The notes below the pieces were generated by a model. It ran no database searches, was not told the DNA's origin, and saw only the letters and a list, made by a program, of their open reading frames with translations. Source: Nitriliruptorales bacterium (GTDB lineage Bacteria > Actinomycetota > Nitriliruptoria > Nitriliruptorales > JAHWKO01). From it: a stretch of DNA of 64,000 nt. The position numbers were made by a program, and so were the translations under genes. How positions within the stretch are numbered: position 1 is the first letter of the stretch; every line of letters starts with the position of its first letter. Positions 57,827 to 64,000 of this stretch are shown piece by piece. Location of the stretch: assembly GCA_046263195.1 (NCBI GenBank), contig JBHELG010000039.1:4906-68905 (forward strand), written 5' to 3'.

Positions 57827-58410
57827 GCTTGCCCGCCCTCCCGCCGCCTACGGCGGCGCCCGGTCGCCCGCCCGACCTCTTCGCGACTGAGCACGCCAGG
57901 CACGCTCGCGGCCCAGGAGAGCACGGCTTCGGCGACTTCGACCGGCGTGCCGCTCGCGTCGACGCTGTGGTCAGCGGCCAGTGCGTAGCGCGGCGCCCGC
58001 AGCTCCAAAAGCTCCGCGACGCGGGCGGGGAGGTCGGACCCGACGAGCAGGGGACGAGCTCGGGCCTGGGTGGCCAGGCGAGCGGCAAGCGTCTCGCTGG
58101 ACGCTCGCAGCTCGACGAGTACGCCGGAGCTGCGCAGCGCCTCGAGGCAGGCGTCGTCGAGCACAGCTCCCCCACCGACGCTCACGACCTGGTTGGAGTG
58201 ACGGGAGACGTGGGCAACCGCGAGCCTCTCGAGGCGACGAAACGCCGGCTCGCCCTCCTCCTCGAAGATGATCGGGATGGGCCGTCCGGCCATACGCTCG
58301 ACCTCGGAGTCCGTGTCGAGGTGGGGCCTTCCCAACCGGTCGGCAACGATCATGGCGACCGTCGACTTGCCTGCTCCCATCATGCCGAGCAGCACGAGAT
58401 TTTTCGTCAC
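57823..58410 (-). CDS. aroK: shikimate kinase
   Basis: GMMGAGKSTV P-loop. Confidence 0.9.
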   Translation of the reverse strand: MTKNLVLLGMMGAGKSTVAMIVADRLGRPHLDTDSEVERMAGRPIPIIFEEEGEPAFRRLERLAVAHVSRHSNQVVSVGGGAVLDDACLEALRSSGVLVELRASSETLAARLATQARARPLLVGSDLPARVAELLELRAPRYALAADHSVDASGTPVEVAEAVLSWAASVPGVLSREEVGRATGRRRRRREGGQA

Positions 58411-59618
58411 CTCCCACCCGCCGCCACCGACCCGCGCGAGCGCTCTGCCACGTAGTCGCGGTAGCTCGTGAAGTTTCGTGTGACCTCCTCGAGCGTGTCA
58501 CCGCCGGTCTTCTCCAGCAGGGCGTCCGCGAGTTCGATGGCCACAACTGCCTCGAGCACGACCCCAGCGCGGGGGACTGCGCAGACGTCGGAACGCTGGG
58601 TGATGGCGGCATCGGGCTGTTTCGTGGCGATGTCTACCGTCTCGAGCGGGCGCGTGAGACTGGAGAGTGGCTTCATGGCGACCCGCAGTACGAGCGGTTC
58701 ACCGGTGCTCATGCCGGCTTCCAGCCCGCCCGCGTGGTTCGTCTTACGGCGAAAAGCTTCGCCGTCGTGGAAGATCTCGTCGTGGGCCTCGTGTCCCGGT
58801 GTCGCCGCGAGGCGGAATCCCAGTCCGAACTCCACTCCCTTCATGGCCTGCACGGACAGGCAGGCGGCGGCAAGTCGGGCGTCAAGTTTGCGGTCCCAGT
58901 GGACATGGCTTCCGAGGCCGGGGGGCAAGCCGTATGCGACGACCTCGACGACACCTCCGACGCTCGAGTTGTCTTGCGCCGCCCGGTCGATGCGGGCGGT
59001 CATGCGCGGTTCAGCTTCGGGGTCGAAGGTCCGTACCGGGCTGGCGTCGACCTGATCGCTGTCCTCAGGCCCGGGTAGGGGGGCATCGGAACCGACCCTC
59101 TCCCCCCCGATGTCCACGATGTGGCTGATGACGCTTACCCCGACCTCAGAAAGCAGTGCCTTCGCGAGCGCCCCTATTGCCGTTCGTGCCGCCGTCTCGC
59201 GGGCGCTGGCCCGTTCCAAGGCGTCTCGGACGTCTTCGTAGCCGTATTTCAGGGAGCCTACGAGGTCGGCGTGGCCCGGCCGCGGTCGCGTCAGAGGCTG
59301 ACCACGACCGGTAGCGGCAACCGACTCGTGCACCGGCTCAGGAGACATGGCCTCGGTCCACTTCGGCCACTCGGTGTTGTGCACGACGATGGCGACCGGT
59401 GATCCGAGGCTGCGTCCGTGCCGGACGCCCGCGAGAATGTCAAGCCGATCCTCCTCGAAATTCATGCGGGGGCCGCGGCCGTAGCCGAGCCTGCGACGTG
59501 TGAGCTCCCGGGATATGGCCTCCAGGGTGACCGGCAGCCCGGCAGGCAGGCCCTCGCAGATGGTGACGAGGGCGGGACCGTGCGATTCGCCAGCCGTGAG
59601 ATACCGCAGCCGCCGCAC
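58407..59618 (-). CDS. aroC: chorismate synthase
   Basis: LRYLTAGESHGP N-terminus; RPGHADL. Confidence 0.95.
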   Translation of the reverse strand: MRRLRYLTAGESHGPALVTICEGLPAGLPVTLEAISRELTRRRLGYGRGPRMNFEEDRLDILAGVRHGRSLGSPVAIVVHNTEWPKWTEAMSPEPVHESVAATGRGQPLTRPRPGHADLVGSLKYGYEDVRDALERASARETAARTAIGALAKALLSEVGVSVISHIVDIGGERVGSDAPLPGPEDSDQVDASPVRTFDPEAEPRMTARIDRAAQDNSSVGGVVEVVAYGLPPGLGSHVHWDRKLDARLAAACLSVQAMKGVEFGLGFRLAATPGHEAHDEIFHDGEAFRRKTNHAGGLEAGMSTGEPLVLRVAMKPLSSLTRPLETVDIATKQPDAAITQRSDVCAVPRAGVVLEAVVAIELADALLEKTGGDTLEEVTRNFTSYRDYVAERSRGSVAAGGR

Positions 59619-59658
59619 CCATCTCTCCTACCGCCGCTGGATGCAGGGTAGCGGTGGG

Positions 59659-60672
59659 TTACAGGCCTTCGAGCGCGAGTCCGATGGCGGTCGTCAGCAC
59701 AGGTTCAACCTCGGCCAGTTGATCAGGCCCGTACACCGTTCCCTGCACGGGGAGCGTCGCAAGCGGGTGGCCCATCTCGACCGGCATGAGGAGCGCGTCC
59801 GACATGTGATCGCTCAGGCCCTCCAGTTTGGAACCCCCGCCCGACAGCACGACCCGGCTGACCTGTCCAGCACCGCCCTGCGACCGGTAGTAGTTGACCG
59901 CGTCACGGACCTCGTCCACGAACTGGTCCGCCCGCTTCTCGATGATGCGGGCCGTGTGGGCTTCGCCCCCTCTCAGTCCGAGCCGGATCTTCGTAGCTTC
60001 GGCCTCGTCCTCGGAGATGCTCAGCTCCGTGGCGAGAGTCTCCGTGATATCGCCCCCGCCGAGCAGGAGGATGCGCACGAAACGCGGTGTGCCCTGCTCG
60101 TGCACGAGGATGTTCGTGACCTCCGCTCCGATGTCGACGAGCATCTCGGTGTCTGCCATCGAGCGCACGAGAGCACGAAAGGCGGCAAAGGCGTTGAGAT
60201 CGACCCCTGCCGGCTCCAGGCCTGCTTTCTTCGCGGCAATGACGTGACTGGCCACCATCTCGCGATGAGCCGCCACGAAGAGGACGCGCATCATGTCGCT
60301 GCCGTGCAACTGTTCGAGGGGGTAGAAGTCGAGCTCGGCCTCCTCGACAGGCGTTGGACTGAAGTCCTGTACCTGAGAACGCAGGGCCGACCGCAGCTCC
60401 GCCTCCTCGCCGCCAGGGAGGTCGACCTGCCCTACGACCACCCGCCGGTTCGCCAGACCCAGGTGGACGCGACGCTCACGGATCCCGGCGTCCAACCACA
60501 GCTGCTCCACGGCGGCCGAGACGGTGTCAATATCGACAACCTCGCCCTCCCGCACCGCCCCCGACGGTAGAATCACACCGCCGAAGTTGGTGAGGGTCGG
60601 CTCGCCGTTCAGCAGCGAGATCTGCGCCATGTTTATCGAATGGGTGCCGATGTCGAGCCCGACAGCATCCAT
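59659..60672 (-). CDS. pilM: type IV pilus assembly protein PilM (actin-like ATPase fold), with no adjacent pilN/O/P/Q
   Basis: GLDIGTHSINMAQ..., VDIGAEVTNILV, LLGGGDIT and VVLSGGGSKLEGL. GAGGAGAGG SD. The start directly abuts the upstream TAA. Confidence 0.8.
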   Translation of the reverse strand: MDAVGLDIGTHSINMAQISLLNGEPTLTNFGGVILPSGAVREGEVVDIDTVSAAVEQLWLDAGIRERRVHLGLANRRVVVGQVDLPGGEEAELRSALRSQVQDFSPTPVEEAELDFYPLEQLHGSDMMRVLFVAAHREMVASHVIAAKKAGLEPAGVDLNAFAAFRALVRSMADTEMLVDIGAEVTNILVHEQGTPRFVRILLLGGGDITETLATELSISEDEAEATKIRLGLRGGEAHTARIIEKRADQFVDEVRDAVNYYRSQGGAGQVSRVVLSGGGSKLEGLSDHMSDALLMPVEMGHPLATLPVQGTVYGPDQLAEVEPVLTTAIGLALEGL

Positions 60673-60888
60673 TTACCTCTCCTCGGCCTGCACCGACCCG
60701 GCCCGGAGATAGGCCTCCAGGTCCGCCTGTCGGATGCGGTAGTTCCGGCCCACCCGCAGTGCAGGGAGTTGCCCGCCGCGGATGAGGCGGTAAACGGTCA
60801 TGTTCGACACTCGTAGGTCGGCGGCGACCTCGCCCACTGTCAGAAGGTGGTCCCCTGGCCCTTCGCTACCGCCCGCGCCCTGCCCCAT
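60673..60888 (-). CDS. excisionase/MerR-superfamily helix-turn-helix DNA-binding protein (71 aa)
   Basis: LLTVGEVAADLRVSNMTVYRLIRGGQLPALRVGRNYRIRQADLEAYL. Confidence 0.7.
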   Translation of the reverse strand: MGQGAGGSEGPGDHLLTVGEVAADLRVSNMTVYRLIRGGQLPALRVGRNYRIRQADLEAYLRAGSVQAEER

Positions 60889-61080
60889 CAGGTCCCTCGT
60901 TCGCCGGTCGGGCTCTTCGCCCGAGAGCGACTACATGGGGGCGGCCGGCGTGCAGGCCGCCCTGTTGCGCGTCTCCACGTGGTCCGCCACGAAACGGACG
61001 CGGACACACACCCGTGGTCGACTACCACAGTGGTAACACCATTACACAAGAATCGTCAAGGGGCACTCTCTAGTACAGAA

Positions 61081-61135
61081 GGGCGCAGCTCAGAAACTAC
61101 ATTTCTGTAATCACATGCTTGTCTTAGGTGCGCCC
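61081..61135 (-). terminator. nested stem-loop downstream of the prepilin peptidase gene (possible intrinsic terminator or RNA element)
   Basis: Outer stem GGGCGCA/TGCGCCC (61081-87 / 61129-35) and inner stem CAGAAA/TTTCTG (61091-96 / 61102-07). In the minus-sense RNA the stem is followed by UUCUGUACU. Confidence 0.35.
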
Positions 61136-61142
61136 CCGCGGG

Positions 61143-61835
61143 TTACGCCAGTCCCAGCCACCCCCGTAGGGCCCCTGAGAGTGGCCCGCCGACCAGGACC
61201 GCTACAAGAGTGCCCAGGGCGAGATAGGGGCCGAACGGGATCCGGCTCGCCAGTCCTGCCCGACCCGCGGCCATGAGCCCGAAGGCGAAGACGACGGCGG
61301 CAATGACCGAGGCGTATATGCCAATCACCACCTCCCACCCGCCGAGATAGCCGAGAGCCAGCCCGAGGGAAACCGCCAGCTTGATGTCTCCCATCCCCAT
61401 GCCGGGCTGACCTCGCATGAGCCGGAAGGCTTCGCTGAGCAGGAGCATCCCGCCTGGCAGGGCGAGCCCGACCAGAACGGCGCGACGAAGGTCGCCCCAG
61501 CTGCCGTCGAGAAGTGCAGCCCCGATGAGGAGAACGAGGACGGTCGGGGCGAGTCGATAGGTGAGCTTGTTCGGGATGATGCGGAGCTCGAGGTCGATGA
61601 CCGTGGCAACGACCACCGCCCAGCCCACGGCGAGCAGTGCGGGCAGTTCCCACACGGGACCGTGCACGAACGCGGTGAGCGCCCACACGACCGCCACGAG
61701 GAGCTGTACGAGGGTGTCCACGCGCGGGCCTGTTCGCACGACCTCTCGCGGCCAGCGGTGGATGGCGTGGGTCGCAAGTGATCCGCAGAGCAGTCCGAGC
61801 AGGCCGCAAATGGTCGTGATCGGCCACCCGTTCAC
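61143..61835 (-). CDS. A24-family prepilin peptidase (no N-terminal methyltransferase/zinc domain)
   Basis: Polytopic membrane protein with DLELRIIPN and GMGMGDIKL catalytic-Asp motifs. 4-nt overlap with the aroE stop. Confidence 0.85.
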   Translation of the reverse strand: MNGWPITTICGLLGLLCGSLATHAIHRWPREVVRTGPRVDTLVQLLVAVVWALTAFVHGPVWELPALLAVGWAVVVATVIDLELRIIPNKLTYRLAPTVLVLLIGAALLDGSWGDLRRAVLVGLALPGGMLLLSEAFRLMRGQPGMGMGDIKLAVSLGLALGYLGGWEVVIGIYASVIAAVVFAFGLMAAGRAGLASRIPFGPYLALGTLVAVLVGGPLSGALRGWLGLA

Positions 61836-62710
61836 GGGCTTCGGCGCTGTTCCTCGGCTTGCAACGCGGCGAGCGCCACGGCGGACATGGTGCCGGTCGG
61901 AGCCTCCCTGCCGGTCCAGCGGCGGAAGCTTGCCGCAGCCTGGGCGATGAGCATGCCCAGTCCGTGATGGGCGTCGGCGCCGGCTGCTCGAGCCGCTGCC
62001 AAGAACGGGGTGTTGGCTGGCCGGTAGACGAGGTCGAACGCGGCCTGACCGGGGTGGAGCGACTGGAAGGGAGCGGGGAGCTGCTCACCGGCGATTCCGA
62101 GGGGGGTCGCGTTCACGACGAGGCGGGCCCCTGCGACGGCCTCGACGACCGCGGCCGTGTCGGCCAGTGGCAGGGCCACGGCGGCTGGCGCCCCGCAACT
62201 GGCTGCGAGAGTCGCGATGTCCTCTGCTGCCTCGAGCCGCCGGCCGATGAAGGTCACCGGTGCGCCGGCACGACCGAGGGCGACCGCGCAAGCTCGGGCG
62301 ACGCCACCGGTGCCGAGGACAGCTGCGGGAGTCCCCGGTGGCAGCGCCAGGTCGTCACGAAGCACGACCTCGAGCCCCAACGTGTCGGTGTTGTCTCCGA
62401 CGAGGCCCTCGAGACTCCACACGAGCGTGTTCACTGCCCCGACGAGCTCCGCTTCGGCAGTGAGACGATCGCAGGCGCTCATCACCTCCCGCTTGTGGGG
62501 AACGGTGACATTGGCACCGATGGCCTCGCACGCTCCGAGGGCAGCCACGACGGTATGCAACTGCTCGGGCGGGGTGGGTAGGGCGAGGTAGACGAGATCG
62601 AGGCCCTGTTCGCGGAAGGCGGAGTTGTGCATGAGCGGTGACAGCGAATGTCGCACGGGCCAGCCGATCACCGCGACGAGGCGGGTGGTCGCTGACGGCC
62701 AGCGTGTCAC
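61832..62710 (-). CDS. aroE: shikimate dehydrogenase
   Basis: VIGWPVRHSLSPLMHN N-terminus; GTGGVARA NADP motif. Confidence 0.88.
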   Translation of the reverse strand: MTRWPSATTRLVAVIGWPVRHSLSPLMHNSAFREQGLDLVYLALPTPPEQLHTVVAALGACEAIGANVTVPHKREVMSACDRLTAEAELVGAVNTLVWSLEGLVGDNTDTLGLEVVLRDDLALPPGTPAAVLGTGGVARACAVALGRAGAPVTFIGRRLEAAEDIATLAASCGAPAAVALPLADTAAVVEAVAGARLVVNATPLGIAGEQLPAPFQSLHPGQAAFDLVYRPANTPFLAAARAAGADAHHGLGMLIAQAAASFRRWTGREAPTGTMSAVALAALQAEEQRRSP

Positions 62711-63855
62711 GAGCCGAGGCCCGCAGGCGAAGGCAGCTCCAGCTGCCGGTAGCGGGCCTTGTTCCGCCTGTGCTCGTCGAAGGTGCGGGAGAAGACGTGG
62801 TGGCCAGCGTCGTCGATCTTGACGTAGTAGAGAAAGTCGTGGGCAGCGGGTTGGAAGGCGGCCTGGATCGACGCCACCCCTGGCGCCGCGATCGGCGTGG
62901 GTGGCAGACCTGGTCTGCGGTAGAGGTTGTACGGCGACTCCACCTGAAGGTCCTGGTTCGTCACTCGACTCGTATGCGCGCCGAGGGCATAGATGACCGA
63001 CGCGTCGATCTCCAGGCTGCGCCCTGCGGCGAGCCGGTTGTAGATCACCCCCGCAATGGCGGGACGCTCTTCGGGCATCTTCGCCTCCTCTTCGATGAGG
63101 CTCGCGATGATGAGCGTCTGGTAGCGGTCGTGACCGCGAGCGACAGCCCCAGCGACGATCTCGTCGGGCAAGGAGCCGATCACCTTCTCGAGCTGATCCA
63201 CCATGCGCTGAAGGATCGCCTGCGGTGGGGCGCCCGGTCGCTCCTCATACGTCTCGGGAAACAACAGCCCCTCGTAGGGCTCGCGGGCCGCTGGCGAAGG
63301 GGTGGGCACCCAGTCCGGTAGGTCGATCAGACGCGCGTCGAGCACCGCTCGGTAGTCTTCGACCGTGTACGGGGTCTGCGTGGCTAGCCGCTCCAGGGTC
63401 TCGGCGACCGTGAGTCCCTCCGGGATCGTGAAGCGGATCGAGAGGGGCTGGACGGGTCCGACCAGAAGCTTGTCGATCGTCTCGTCGACGCTCATGCCGG
63501 TCTCGAGCTCGTAGAGACCGGCACGCAGCTCTCGATCGAGTCCTCTGCTCTGGGCCTTCAGTCGAAATGCGAGCGCGGAGCGGACCACCCCCCGCTCGTC
63601 GAGCTCTCCTGCGACCGCGTAGGCGCTGGCCCCGCGAGTGACTTCGAGGGTGACGGGCTCCCCCCCGCCAGGCTCGCCGCTCATGGACCAGGTGGCCAGG
63701 ACGAGCCCGGCCGCGACCACGGTCAGCGCCACCGTGAGGATGATCAGGACGATTCTCGGTCCGCTAGCGGGAGCCACGCTCCTGTTCACCTCCGTGCATC
63801 GCATCGAGGAACGTCTGGAGCAGGAGGGTAGCCGCGACCCGGTCTGCGGCCGCAC
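62707..63855 (-). CDS. mltG: endolytic murein transglycosylase MltG (YceG-like)
   Basis: N-terminal TM segment, LASLIEEEA catalytic region and YNLYRRPGLPPTPIAAPG. The start is probably downstream (GTG at 63789 or 63777), because the ORF overlaps the ruvX 3' end by about 90 nt. Confidence 0.88.
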   Translation of the reverse strand: MRPQTGSRLPSCSRRSSMRCTEVNRSVAPASGPRIVLIILTVALTVVAAGLVLATWSMSGEPGGGEPVTLEVTRGASAYAVAGELDERGVVRSALAFRLKAQSRGLDRELRAGLYELETGMSVDETIDKLLVGPVQPLSIRFTIPEGLTVAETLERLATQTPYTVEDYRAVLDARLIDLPDWVPTPSPAAREPYEGLLFPETYEERPGAPPQAILQRMVDQLEKVIGSLPDEIVAGAVARGHDRYQTLIIASLIEEEAKMPEERPAIAGVIYNRLAAGRSLEIDASVIYALGAHTSRVTNQDLQVESPYNLYRRPGLPPTPIAAPGVASIQAAFQPAAHDFLYYVKIDDAGHHVFSRTFDEHRRNKARYRQLELPSPAGLGS

Positions 63856-64000
63856 GTCGCTCGCGCCGCTTCGCGCCCTGCGCGAGCATCGTGCGCTCCG
63901 CCTCGACCGTGGTCAGCCGCTCGTCCCAGAGATGAACCGCTAGACCGCTCCCCTGCTCGACTCGCTCCGCGATGAGACGCGCCCGCTGGGCTGGCTCCCT
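63764..64000 (-). CDS. ruvX: Holliday-junction resolvase-like RuvX/YqgF, C-terminal part (5' end outside the window)
   Basis: Absent from the ORF track. Reverse translation gives ...HLWDERLTTVEAERTMLAQGAKRRERRAAADRVAATLLLQTFLDAMHGGEQERGSR*, with the stop at 63764-63766. Confidence 0.75.
   Translation of the reverse strand, partial: REPAQRARLIAERVEQGSGLAVHLWDERLTTVEAERTMLAQGAKRRERRAAADRVAATLLLQTFLDAMHGGEQERGSR

Noticed and set aside
59619-59658. Hairpin terminator between pilM and aroC
   Set aside because: The candidate stem (CCTACCGC/GCGGTGGG) has a C-A mismatch on the transcribed (minus-sense) RNA and no U-tract. The 40-nt gap is more simply an inter-cistronic spacer.

Overview
High-GC (about 70%) Actinomycetota-like core chromosome. 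About 60 of roughly 65 genes lie on the minus strand, and many starts overlap the upstream stop by 4 nt (ATGA/GTGA). Read along the minus strand from high to low coordinates: ruvX-mltG-aroE-prepilin peptidase; an HTH gene and orphan pilM; aroC-aroK-aroB-aroQ-M24 peptidase-efp-nusB; a tandem histone-fold gene; a complete pyrimidine operon (pyrR-pyrB-pyrC-orf-carA-orf-carB-pyrK-pyrD-pyrF-pyrE); mihF-gmk-rpoZ-coaBC-metK-priA-def-fmt-rsmB; ribD-ribE-ribBA-ribH; hisG; infC-rpmI-rplT-trmH-pheS-pheT; a Psp envelope-stress cluster (pspA-pspAA-htpX-pspAB); an accessory block with a two-component system, a degenerate receiver and a 1141-aa HYR-repeat secreted protein; an ABC exporter; and the arginine operon argCJBDFRGH. 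I saw no rRNA, tRNA, CRISPR, transposase or phage genes. The most unusual signal is a family of short GC-rich nested-hairpin repeats, with outer arms GGCGGTCTTGG/CCAAGACCGCC and, in the long form, a CCGGGCCT centre. They occur in intergenic spacers and also apparently in-frame inside argC, ribBA, priA and the pspAB-like gene, which resembles Rickettsia palindromic elements. Secondary leads are CTGAG direct repeats at 11-bp periodicity on both sides of the two-component locus, a bacterial tandem histone-fold protein, an unassigned small gene between carA and carB, a second hairpin family between pyrF and pyrE, and a PyrR-type RNA hairpin that includes the pyrR Shine-Dalgarno sequence. All calls rest on reading the sequence and remembered family motifs; no database search was run.
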